From: Monocercomonoides exilis PA203
Lineage: Eukaryota > Protista > Preaxostyla
Assembly (NCBI GenBank): GCA_001643675.2
Contig: LSRY02000026.1
Coordinates: 434,001 to 498,000, forward strand
Reading direction: 5' to 3'
Length of the DNA stretch: 64,000 nt
Part shown: positions 51,889-64,000 of the stretch, piece after piece
Layout of the letters: each line of letters opens with the position of its first letter
Numbering within the stretch: position 1 is the stretch's first letter
Program-made: the position numbers and the translations under genes
The notes under the pieces: model-generated
What the model saw: the letters and a program-made list of their open reading frames with translations, nothing else
Told to the model about the DNA's origin: nothing
The model's database searches: none

Positions 51889-53949
51889 GGAAAGCACAAT
51901 TTGAAAAAATACAATTCTTCAATATCTCAATCAAATTCCATTTCTTTCTTCCTTTTTCTTTCATCATTCTGTTTTCTTCTGCTTTTTCCAATTGATGGAG
52001 AAAGAGAAGACACCTCACTCACATTCTTTTCTCACTTCATCATCCAAAAGTTCTTCTTCAATTGTGTTTCCTCTTCAGCTGCTTTGCTTTCGCATAAATG
52101 AATATTTTTTCATTCATCAATCATTTTTCATCTTTATTCTGTTTTCTTGACTGATCTCCCTTTATCAATGCTCAACATTGTTCTTTTCCTCTCCATTTTT
52201 CTTCAATTCATGAAATGTTCCAAAAATCCATTCTTCCAAACCTCCTTTTTTTCTCAAGCCCAATACAAAAGCTATGCATTCATTCAAATATTAAACTTTT
52301 CATTTTTGGTTGCTGAGAATGAAATTGAGAATGAGAAGTCAATGAATCAACAGCTTTGATGTAAATGATTGATGTGTTCAATGGAGAAGTCTATCTTCAC
52401 TTTTTCACTTTCATTCTTCAATATTTCTGTTTTGATTGACGAACAAAAAACAATTGAAGATAAAGAAGAAGAAGAAGAAGGTGAAGAAGAAGGTGAGGGA
52501 GATGATCAAAAACATCCACAAACAGCTCAATGATGATTAAGATTGAATGAAATAACGGTTGGAAAAAAAGAAGATGTAAATGGACAGGTTACAGAAATAT
52601 TGATTGAGTTGAGTCATGAATTCGCAGGCAAAGGTGACCTTTCATTACTAAGCGATGTTGATAACAGAAAGATTCTCTTTGGATACTCATTTGAAATCGT
52701 GCCTGGCTGAAGGCCTTGAAGATCAATGGAAAACATCTGGACTTTCCAATGGCTGTTCATAACAACACAAAAGAGTCCCCTGAGCACAATTCGAAATATT
52801 TGTCGCTCTCTTCATTCTGATGCAACTGAAGTTGGATTCGAGAAAAATCACTTTCCTTCAAAATCATATGTCCACAATTGTATGCAGAAAAATAATCTTG
52901 TTGATTTATTTCTCGGACGCATCTCGTGGGAAAGTTGTTTTCGCTATTTTTCCCTCTTCCAATCTCATTTTTGCAGAAAGAAAATGGCTTCGTTCGTCAG
53001 ATGCTCAGCAGCACCAAAAGAAATATGAAATGTATTTCTTTTGACTTTTTTGTCGCATCTCACTTTTGTGATCAGCTCCTTTTCTGTAGGTGTCGGCCTT
53101 CATTGCTTTTCCCCAAACAATGCTTTTCTGAAAAATGCAAGATTAATTAGTAATTCAAGCATTGGATCTCTGTCTTCAATCACTCATTTGACATTTTCTC
53201 CTGCTATCATTTCGTATTTATTCAAGTTCTTCAGCCCAGTCAATCAATGCATATTTTCAGAAATTCTTTTCTTTATGTCTTTATTTCTCAAACAGTTCCC
53301 TGAATTTCTTTTTATTTCTCGTTACAAGTTAAATTTAAAAAAATTATGAATATTGCACATATTCCTTTATTTCCCAATGCCTATATTATAATCAGCTCCA
53401 TTCTCATCGTATTGCTCCACAAAGCGGAGATTGGCCATTTCAACAATAACTCACATTCCTGCACTTTGGAGAGGATACAGACGGAAATATCTTCACAATC
53501 AATAGAACTATATAAATTACATACATTATGTCTTTTTGTGTTATTGATAAAATTGTTGCATTCCCCTTGGCCATCCAATAACCAAAAATCATCAAAAAGA
53601 ATTCCAAAAATATTGCATTGCCTCGTTTCTTATTGCATCCACAGGAAATAATATTCTTAGTTCTACAGATAATGTTCACTCACGTCCTTTCATTTTGTCA
53701 ATGTTTGAAACTGATTTTAAAATCAAATTCGATCATTGAATACATAACTACAAACAGAAAAAACAAAACATTGTTTATCTTTTTAATTACAAATCGAAAA
53801 TGTCAAGACAAGAAAAAACAGTGTGAAAGCAGATTTTTTAAAAACAATTTGAGATTTTATTTTCATTCATTTTCTAATATGAAATGAAATGTGGATTCAA
53901 TACGAATGACGAATATTCGTTGTTTTCTGGGTGCAATGCATTTTTGAAA

Positions 53950-55391
53950 ATGCAGGAAACGAGTGTCACTGAAAGACTTAATGGTGTGCAAACATTATTG
54001 CACTTTAATTTTTGTTGATTTCATTAATTTTTTTCAACATAATTAAAGAATTATTTGATAAACTTGAACATTGTGATGAGGATGAGCAAAGACAGAAAAT
54101 CGAAGAAATGAATGAAATGATTAATGAAATGGATGAAGAAGAATTTGAATATGTTTTCACAACCGAACTGTTCAACAGAATAAACAAAATGATAGAAGAT
54201 AAGAAACTATCGTTGGAAAATGCCATTTTGTTGCTGAAGCACATTGGATATCGTAAAGCGCAAAAAAATATAAGGGATCCGGACTTTTTAAGATCTTTGC
54301 TGGATGCAAGATTAGAGAAGATGATTTTTGAAGAAGATAAGAAGAAAAAAGAAGAAAAGAACGAAAAGCTTCAAACGTATCTTTGCGAATGCTATCTTTT
54401 TCTCAGCTTCTTTGTTTCGCCTAAATTGTTTTCAATGTGTGTGCCGTATCTTCTGAAAGTTGCGTTGAACAAGGAGGAAAACAAAGAAGCTCAAAAAGTA
54501 GTTGAAATGGCTTTGTTAACCTTGAGCAATTTTGGGGAATATGTCAGAACATTTTTAATTTCATTATTTATTTCATTTTTTATTTCATTTTTTAATAGCT
54601 TTCTGTCAATTTTTTTGAAAATGAAAGGATACAAAAACTTTTCATGGATGAAATCAAAGATATTATCCTGTATTATCAAGACCATCACAATCTGACACGA
54701 CTCGCTTATCAGTCTGTTTTGGAGTGTTTGCTGGACAGATTTGAGGAAGATGAAAGTTTGGAAGAAGTGGTTGTGAATGAAGTGCATTTTGGGAGAGAGG
54801 CAGCAAAAGAGGTTGGAGAATTATGGAAGTGCATGGATTGGAAGAAAAAGGAAGAGGAAAGAGGAAAAGGAAGGGAAGAAGAGATAATTTTGATGAGATG
54901 GCTCAAAACATTGAATATATATTTTTGCAATTGCCGATTGATGAATGAAGAGTGCATTGAGCTTATCCGTTGCATTGTTCAGCTATTTCGTGCAGCAAAG
55001 GACAATTGCGAAGGAATTAGATACTGGTGCGATTATTTGTTTGAAACAACAGCGGGGAAAAAAGCAGTTGAAATCAAAAACTTGTTGAAAGGCAGAGCTG
55101 TTGGGCTCTTTTTGGAGGAAATCCAGCAGACAAAATTGGATAACATAATGATACCGCATGGCTTGGTGTATTTTATGAATGTTTCAAATCGATTGAAAGA
55201 AGAAAAGGATGATATAATTGAAAAAGCGAAAAGAAAGGCAGCAAAAAGAATAATTTTTTGAAAAGATGGAGGAAGAAGGATATGAAGATGTCATTATCAG
55301 CTTTCATAAAATGTTGAATTTTCTGAAAGATCAACATTGTGGTTTTGGCTACATATCGTTGAATATTTCTGATTATTTTGTGACTGTTTAA
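53950..55391 (+). CDS. Family C acidic helical-repeat hypothetical protein, three exons
   Basis: ATG at 53950. GT-AG introns 53984-54048 and 54543-54598 join ORFs 54012..54695 and 54644..55261 in frame. One extra T in the run at ~55254-59 shifts the tail FEKMEEEGYEDVIISFH...ISDYFVTV*; this may be a sequencing error. Confidence 0.75.
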
Positions 55392-56089
55392 GGAAAAGAA
55401 ATGCTTTGAATTTTGCGAAATGGAATTTCATTTTTTCTTTTTTCATCATCTCACAAAATCGAAAACAAACAATCATTTGCATCTTTCTTTTGCAATTACT
55501 TTTTTTATCTCACTTCATTTTGATGAAATGAAGAAACAAAAAGATCTTGAATAAAAAAAAGAGGGATAAATTTTTTGATATTATTCGTTTTCTTCTTCTT
55601 TTCTTTTAATGATCTGTCGGGCAAAAATAAATAAATAAATAAATAAAATTTGTCATCCATCGTCTCCAATAACTTCTCTTCTCTCCTCTTTTGAACAATC
55701 TTTTGTTCTTTTTCCTTTCTTCCCTTGTTTTCCCAAATGTCAAATGATTTCTGAGAAACGAAGAAGAGAAGTCAAAACCCTGTTGATGAGAAAGCGTATT
55801 TATGAGATAAATATGATTGAAAAGATGAAGATGCTTTCTTTTCTCAATTGGAGAGTTGATTGCTGCTTCTCTGCCACAAAAGCTCTCTTTCTCTTTCTGT
55901 TTCCCGTTCCAATGTGCCTCATCAAAAAGTCACATCGAAAAAACATGCTCACAGCCAGTCTTGAATGAGCACGAGAAATAAAAGCAAAAATGACATGAAG
56001 AAGATGAAAATATCACATTTTGAAGATTTGCTGAAAATATTCTGTAAAAAAAACAAAAATATCATCATTTTCACCCACTTCATCATTCT

Positions 56090-57660
56090 TCTTCAGCTGT
56101 TCAGCTTCTTCAGATCACACAAATTCGTCTGTGGCATTTGCAGATCAATCGCTCTGTTCCATTCAAAAGATGAAGACACAACAACTTCTGATTGCAATTT
56201 CTGTTCTTCTCTTGAAGATGGTGGAGTTGTGAGTGAAGGATGAATGAAACAGCAAAAATGATTGGATTTCCAATGAGATGGCAGATGTGCTGCGAAGTGA
56301 CTGAAACATGTTGCATTTTCTGAGGAAGAAGATGACTTCACTGCGAAGAAGAAGGAAAATGCAGAATCGACTTTTCTGCTGAGCGATTTGTGGAATGCCC
56401 AAAAACAACTGAAAATAAAACGAGCTGAAGTGAATAAGATGTTGTGAGTGACGATGAAAGATTTATTGTTGAAGAAGAAGAAGAAGAAGAAACGAAAGGC
56501 TTGGAAGAAGTTATTCTCATAATTCTCTTTTGAAGAGGAAGAAGAAGAAGAAGAAGAAGAATTTTTGGCTGATTGAAAAAGTTGATTTTTTTGTTTGTTT
56601 CGTTGATTTTTTTGCTGCTTTGGCGAAAAGGAAGAGAAAGCAGATTATTGAGAAGAAGAGGAAGAGGAACCAAAACCCATTGATCCATTTAAACTTCCTC
56701 CAAATTCACTCGCCAGCTCTTCCCCTGACAATCCTCAGCTTTTCTGATGTTCTTCTCTCTTCTCTCAAGTCCTTCTTCTTCTCCTTCTTCTTCTTCTCTT
56801 TCTTCTCATTCTATTTTCTTCTTTTTCTGTTTCTCATCTGACTCCTCCTTCATCTTTTATTTCTTCTTCAAATTCATCAAACTCTTCCTTATCTTCATCT
56901 CTTTCTATTTTCATCTCTTTCTTCTTCACATTCATCTTCATCCTTTGAAGCATCTTTTGTGCAAGTTCATTATCTTCTTCTGCTTTCTCTTCGATTTCCT
57001 CTTCTTCTTCTTCTGCTGCTGCTGCTTCTGCTTCTGCTTCTTCTTCTCCTTCTGTTTTCATTCGTGTCTCTGTTTCTTCATGTTGATTGACTTCAGAATA
57101 TGGCACTTTCTTTTCTTTTCTTCATAAATTCAATCTTTCATTCCGCATTTGGTTATCTTCCTCTTCTCTTCTCTTTCTATTTTCTTCTCTTTCTTCTTTT
57201 TCTTCTTCCTTTTAACATTTTCTGTCTTTGTTCACATTTTTCCTGCAAACATTTCTTATTTCTTGTCATTTTCATTTGACATGTCTGTTTTCAACTGAGT
57301 TGCGGAATTTCTATTTGGAGCAAAAAACAGCCCTGAACAGGGGGATTTGTTTTGGATGATTATTTTTGTTAATTATTTGAAGAAGAAAAAGAAGAAGAAG
57401 AAGTTTTGAGAAGAGAAAGTTGATGAGGAAGAAGAGGAAGAGGAATAGAAGAGGAAGAAGAAGAAAATGATGATGATGAAATACTTTCACTGTGAAGAAA
57501 ACCTCTTTCATATTTGCAAATATGTTTATGGGTGAATATAAATCCATTTCTCTTCTCTTCTCTTCCAAAAGCAATGTTGAAGAACAATGATCCAATATAG
57601 TTCGAAAGAATTGTTTCGGCTGCACCTGCTGCTTTCCTTTGCATTCACAATCATCAATGT
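56090..57660 (-). pseudogene. Low-complexity (Ser/Glu-rich) degenerate coding sequence of unknown identity
   Basis: Host-like poly-Ser and poly-Glu coding texture broken into short ORFs; no domain recognised. Confidence 0.3.
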
Positions 57661-58584
57661 TGTTGTGAGTTCTCCTCTAAAATAGTATTCCAATTATAAA
57701 AAAATAGCTTTCAACTTTATTATGTCTCTCTGTGTGTAATTCCCCCTTTTCTCTTTCTCCAGAAAAAGAATATTTCAGCAAATTGAAATCCATGAGATTT
57801 TGTCTCGTATAACTTTAATTGCCCTATCATATGAAAAAAAAGTAAATAAACAAATTCATTTTTCATGAAAAGATTCGAATAAAACAGAGTTTGTCGCATA
57901 CCAGTCGCAATTTCATTCATTCCCTGCAACTCCTTTGCCTCAACAAAAAATATCCATTCGCAATCATTCATCCATTCGGTCTCTTTCCCTTGAACTGAAA
58001 TTCCATATCTTTCTGCAAGATAAGCGCTCAAAAACACAATCTAAATGCTCATATAACCTTGTTTCATGCATCCTATTCCTTTTGCGAAAAGTGTCCATTT
58101 CTGCCAATCGAGGCAAAAACAATCATTTCTTTCAAAACATCAAAAATCTCTCCAAATAAAAATATCACAAAAATTCCACCAAAAGACATACATTTATATG
58201 TGGTGCAGAATCACAAAACTTCCATCGCTCATACCTCTTCCATTCATCTGTGAAACCAATCTTCACATCATTCATTTTTTTCCCTGATGCCATTTCTCAT
58301 GAAAATACTGCTAAAATTATATGCTCTAAATCATATTATATTCCATCTCAGAGGCATATATCGCTGGACGGAGAGTGACGGCTGAAATATCAGAACATCA
58401 ACAAGAATGGATGAATCATTCTCTATTATTCATTGGATCAAGAAATTGAAAATGAAAAACAACAAATGAAAATACATATTTCAATATAATAATACAATAT
58501 TCAACAAAAGATAAATGTTTTTTATTATTGGAGTGCCCATATTTGTCTGCAATAGAAAAAAGAAAAGAAAGCAGTTGGACAGGC

Positions 58585-61500
58585 ATGGTATTGGTGCTGT
58601 CGGGAATATTTTATTTTGTGTGGACAATTTGTGTTGAATGCGTGTGCAATGATGCTACAAGAGATGGAACAAGACTTACTGAAAATTCATTGAATGGAAG
58701 AGAATTGGATTATCCTGAAGGCACATGGCGAGAGACGATTCAAAATAGCAAATATAGAGATGATAATTTATTTGATACATATATTGATGGAAAAAAATGT
58801 GGAGTGAGAGAAACCTGGAAAGAAGAGAGAATGATGAAGAAATTCACAAAACAATGGAATGAAGGAAGAAGAAGGATCGAGAAAGTTCAAAAATCAGGTT
58901 TTTGTGATGAGTGGAAAATATGGGGAAAGGAGGGTGTGTGTGGTGGGAGTGGGGTTGAGGGATGTCTTATCCTGGTCAATTCATCAATGAAACTGAATTT
59001 GTTAAGGTTGAGGGAAATGGGTGGGGAGAGCGTGCTCAGGGCATCGGATGAAAGTTTTGTTGAGTTGAGTGGATGTGTGATTGGAGTTGAGAGAGAGATG
59101 CCCCCCTTTGATTTTTGTGGGAGCTGTGGATTGTTCACCAACATTTCCCTCAGATCGTCTTCAACTTCAACCTTAACCTCGACTGAACAGATATTTCCAC
59201 CACTTTTCTCTTCAAAGGCAGTGGAAGGAGAGATTTCAGAAAATTGTTTTGTTTCTATTTGTTCTTCCCATTTTTCATCTTTTTGCATCTCATCTGCCCC
59301 ATTTCTTTCATCACCTTCCATTCCTCTTATTTCACTCTCCCATCTGTTATTTTTCAACATCTCAACAGCAAATGATGCATGTTCATCTTCGTCCACTACG
59401 TCAACCCAAACCTCATGTTTGATGAGCAGCTGCTCATTCTCATCAGTTTGCGATGCATATGATGGCGGGATTATTCCCTCCCTCAACAACCCCTTGACTT
59501 CTTTGACAGCCTCAAACACCTCGTTTGTTGGGTGTTGTCGGACAAAAAATGTTGTATGTGAAGGAACATCAGATGGAAAGTTGACTCCAGGGAGACAAAA
59601 TGAAACATTCAATGAAGCAAATTCATTTACATGGTGTGAATGGGATGGATCGAAAACAACAGGAGAAAGCGACTCGTATAATGATGGAACATCGAGCGGA
59701 GGGGCAATTTGCATGTATAATCTGGGAAATGGAATACTTTCAGTTTCTCATTGCACTTTCAAAGATTGCTTTGCATTCAGCAGAGGTGGAGGATTCATGT
59801 GTTATGGGATTGATTCTGTATATATCGAAAATAATTTGTTCAATGTCTGCACTGCACAAAATCAATATGGAGGAGCATTGTACATTTGCGCAATAAAGTT
59901 ATGTGCTCGTATATGTGGATGCGACTTCCATGATTGCAAGGCATACAGTGGCGGAGGAGGTTTGTTTCTTCAATCTTTTAATGTCTCAGGAACTGGATGC
60001 GTTGGATAAGAAGAAGAAGGAGATGAGAATGCATATGTGCGATTGTTGTTTCTTTTCATGCTCAGTCTCAAATACTGGTGGTGGAGGCATGTGCTGTGCA
60101 ACTATTTCCACGTATCAATTCAAAATGAGGAGCGTTCAATTTATCTCATGTTCTGTCTATTCATATGGAGGAGGATTATATTTTTATCCAAATCGAGCAA
60201 CAGCACCAAATGACAAAATCTATTGTTGTTTCCTGTTCTTCCATGAATGCTATTGCAGAAATGCTTCTGCTCCATTCGGTCATAATGTTGAATATGCAGA
60301 TGATTTTAACATATATTTGAATAATGGAAATCCATTTTATGAATGTTACACAACGAATTCAGATGATCAGAGAATGTGCTATTCCTATAATTATTCAAAT
60401 GGAAACACTTGGTTGCATCAGCACACAGAAAAGAAAGATTGGCTGAAAGACAAAATTATATATGTTTCAGTGAATGGGAGTGATGCAACTGAATTGTGTG
60501 GTGCAAATGAATCAAATCCGTGTCTGACAGTGAAGAAGGGATTTGAGATGTGTGAAATACAAATTAGCTTGACAATCACGCTGATGGGCGGGAATCACAC
60601 AAGCGAGACAGCAACAGTTGAGATTGGGACAAAGAAGATTTCAGTCATTGGGAAAGGGAGGACGGAGAGTTCGATTGGAACAGGAGCACTTTTACCAACT
60701 GGAGCGCTGTTCAGTGTTTCAACAGGTCATCTTGGTTTGTTGCACATGAAAGTTGACTGTAACTCAATAGCAGATTCTTCTTCTCCGAATGTGGCTGTGG
60801 TATCTGATGGAGGTGGGTCACTTTCATTGGAGGATGTTGTGATCACAACGAGTAATGTTGGAGAATATGTGATATCATCATCAGTGTTTGTGGTGGCGCT
60901 GTCACAGCTGTCGATGGTTGGTGTGGAGATCAAAGATATGAATGTCTCAGAATCATTGTTCTCAGAATCTGTTTTATCTTTTTCTTCTTCATCCTCCTCA
61001 TCTGCCCTGTTATTGACAGTAACTGCTTCTGGAAAGAGCATGATGGCAAACTTGTCTGTGATGAATGTGAAGTTGACTGAAGGAGATGGGGTGGTTGTGG
61101 CAAAGAGTGTGAAGGAAGGGGAGGCATTTGTTATTCAGAATGTGACAATTGAGGATTGTGAGTGTGAGAATGGCAGTGGTGGAGGGATCAAGGTTGAGAT
61201 GGAAACAGATACAAGCAAGCTTCAGGTTGAAGCATCAACAACAATGAACAGATGCACAAGTGGAGAATATGGAGGAGGGATGATGCTGCATCTGGCTGAT
61301 AACTCGGTTGACTTCTCGATTGTGTCAGTTGACTTCTCAGGGTGTTCTGCTTCATTGGGTGGGAATTATGTGTTTGTGAATGGGAGCAATTCAGCGAGCT
61401 GGGGAATAACAAGAGAAAAGCTGAATGTTCAACATGATGAATCAAAATACAATGAGGTGGTGGGATATGATCGGAGTGACACAACAATGGGGCTGTTCCC

Positions 61501-64000
61501 ACTGAATGTGTTTCTGGACAGATATCCAGATGCAGCACATGTGGGGAAGGGGAAGGATGGGCTGGGGGGATACGACTCGTGGTTCTGTGGGTTTGACTAT
61601 TATCCGTGTGCCACCATCACGCATGCAGCGCAGGTGAGATATCCAGACACAAACAAGAAGATGGAATTGGATTCAGGATTTGAGTTTGCTGAAGAGGTTG
61701 GAATGACAGACTCCTTTGAATGGGAGATTTCATGTGCCACAAAAGGGATGGAAGTTGGGGTGAAAGCGCCAGAGAATTTTGAGTCATCTTGTCTGATTGA
61801 GGTTCAGAGCAAATGTTCAATAAGAAACATCAAGTTTTGTGTTCCATCTGTTCTGTCTGGTGCGTCATCATCATCTCTGATTTCATCCAATTCAACACTC
61901 TTCACACTCACTGACTGTTCTGTTGTTTGTTCGTCTGAGAATTCCATTGGATATTGTTTTGTGAATGTGGTTGGGGAAAAAATGAAAGTGGAGGGATTGG
62001 TGATCACAGAGACATTGAGATTTGGAGAACATTCAGTGATTGAGTTTGGCGAAGGGGTGGAATCAGTTATGTTTTGTGGATGTGAGGTGAACAACATTGA
62101 GAAGAGAAGTGGAGATGGAGGATGGATGAATGGAATTGTTGGGGCAGAGAGAGATGAGGGGAAGAATGGGATAATTGTGATTGACTCGTGTGTTGTGAAG
62201 GGGTGCAGGTGTGTTGGTGGAAGAGGAGGAGGGATGAGTGTTGTTGTGAATGGGAGTTGTGTGATTGATGGGTGCGAGGCGAAGGGTTCAGGGGAGAGTT
62301 CAGAAGGGAGAAGTGAAGGGAGAGGGGGGGGGATGATGATTGTGATGGAGAGCAGGGATGGCTCAATGAAAATGGAATCTGGAAGAGAGGGATTGTTTGT
62401 GTTTGGAGAGGATAACAAAGCTCAATATGGGAAGGATGTGTTTGTTGAATGTGGTGGAGGAGTGTTGTTGGAGTGGAAAGTGAATGGAAGTTCATTATCA
62501 TTTTTTGACTCAAGTGTGATTCCAACAGATGTTGTGAAGTTGTGTGGGAGTGAGGATGGGAGAGAAGGGGAAGTGATTCCGCTGTTTGTGTATTTGTGTT
62601 CAATTGGCTCGAAGCTGAGAGTTGATGGGAGAGGAGAGAGGGCGCTGGATCAGAGCCATTGTGGGTTTGAGGAGTTTGGGTGTTTGACGATTGATTATTG
62701 TGTTGGGAAGAGGGCGAGCAGCAATGTGAATGAAATTGAAGTTATCTCAGAATCATGGATAAAGAATGAGATGAAAGTGGTTTCATTTGATTTGAGTGTT
62801 TCAGGGAAAGAAGAGGGGATGAGGGTGGTTGTGAGAGATGAAGGATCGATTAATCAAAATAACCTTATTGAGTGCGCAAAATCATTTGAGATGAGATATT
62901 TGTCATTTGTGCTGAATGAAGATATGAATGGGAAGAGATGTGGATTTATCCACTCCTCCTCATCATCATCAACCATCACAATGACCAGCTGTTCAGTCAC
63001 ATTTGGAAATGATGAAGTGATTGGATTCAATGTGATTTGTGTTGAGGGAGGAGGGCTGACTGTGAATGGATTTGTGATGGAAGGGGGAGTGAGAATGAGT
63101 GGGAAATCACCAATTGTTGTTTCGAATGGAGCTCAATTGGAGATTGTGAACAGCCGAATGAGTGGAGTGGAAGTTGTTGGTGGGAGTGAAGGAGGAGGAG
63201 GAGGAGGATGTTTGAATGTAGAAATGAGTGTGAATGGGAATGTGAATATTGAAGGATGCAATTTGTCATCAGTGTGTTCAGGGGGGAGTGGGATGAAAGG
63301 GGGAGGGATGAAGATATCAGTGGGGAAGGGAGGGAGTTTGGAGATGAAAGGAGTGAAATTATCGGGATGTGTTGTGCCAACAAGTGAGATTGTGAGCGGA
63401 GGGAGAGGAATGGGAGGAGGGATGTTTGTGAAGCTGGCAGATGAGATGGGAACATTTGTGATGGAAGGGATGGGATTTGAGGGATGTGATGGGTGGAAAG
63501 GGAAGAATGTGTTTGTGTCAGGATGGGATCTGAGAGAGATTGTGAATGAGGAGCACCTGAAATGGGAGATAAAGGAAGAGGAGTTGGGGTCATTGGATGA
63601 ATTGTGTGGATGGGAGAGGAAGACGACAGGAGAGGAGGGGTTTGTGATTCCACTGGTTGTGTATTTGTGGAGGAATAGGAGTGGGGATGGGTTTGTTTCA
63701 GTTGAGAAAGGAGGAGACTTCAGTGGGTGTGGGTATTCCGAGGCACCATGCTCATCGATTGACCACCTGATGTCACTTCGATATCCAACACTTGGAGAAG
63801 GGGAAACACATATTTCCATTGTGGGATCAGGGTTGCTGAGTCATTCCATTTCATTTTCTTCTTCATTTTCATCTTCAATTTCTTCATCAATATCAGAGTC
63901 ACAAAAAGTTGTGATTGAAGGGACAAAGAAAGGGACAGGAGTGACGATCAGTGATGAAGATGAGAATGATTTGTCTGATGATGGTTCAATGATCTCCTCG
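58585..64000 (+). pseudogene. Family B copy 2 (receptor-like beta-helix repeat protein), running off the window end
   Basis: Signal peptide MVLVLSGIFYFVWTICVECVC. TAA at 60007-09 and a frameshift near 60040, then an apparently open frame to 64000. Near-identical inverted match to ~20600-24570. Confidence 0.82.

Noticed and set aside
52600-53700. Possible further transposase remnant on the minus strand
   Set aside because: Short Cys-containing ORFs without a diagnostic DDE motif or termini.
627-60009. Stop-codon reassignment (TAA/TAG = Gln, as in some oxymonads) to explain in-frame stops
   Set aside because: The interrupting stops include TGA (21645, 42020, 46770). Where a paralog is available they align to varied residues such as Gly and Cys, they co-occur with frameshifts, and long ORFs use CAA/CAG normally. 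This fits decay or sequencing error.

Overview
AT-rich eukaryotic DNA with short GT-AG introns and the standard genetic code. The gene families resemble those of an oxymonad protist such as Monocercomonoides; this is inference from family recognition, not a database result. The window is a repeat-rich multigene and transposon region. It contains: (1) three paralogs of a ~1,200-aa beta-helix-repeat type I surface protein that are patchwork mosaics of each other; (2) two inverted copies of a very large receptor-like gene, with the TM and pseudokinase visible only in the copy that ends inside the window; (3) two copies of an acidic helical-repeat family; (4) a structurally complete DIRS1-type tyrosine-recombinase retrotransposon (ITRs, ICR, gag, RT, RNase H, adenine methyltransferase, YR) and a second YR-only relic; (5) hAT, pogo and Merlin/IS1595 transposase pseudogenes, a 1-kb foldback element and MITEs; (6) a 5.7-kb TIR-bounded segment carrying an intron-containing fragment of a ciliary NPHP4-like gene, a candidate Pack-type gene-capturing transposon; and (7) a ~930-bp pure-pyrimidine 14-mer array. 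Most coding sequences carry stops or frameshifts, and some of these may be homopolymer sequencing errors.
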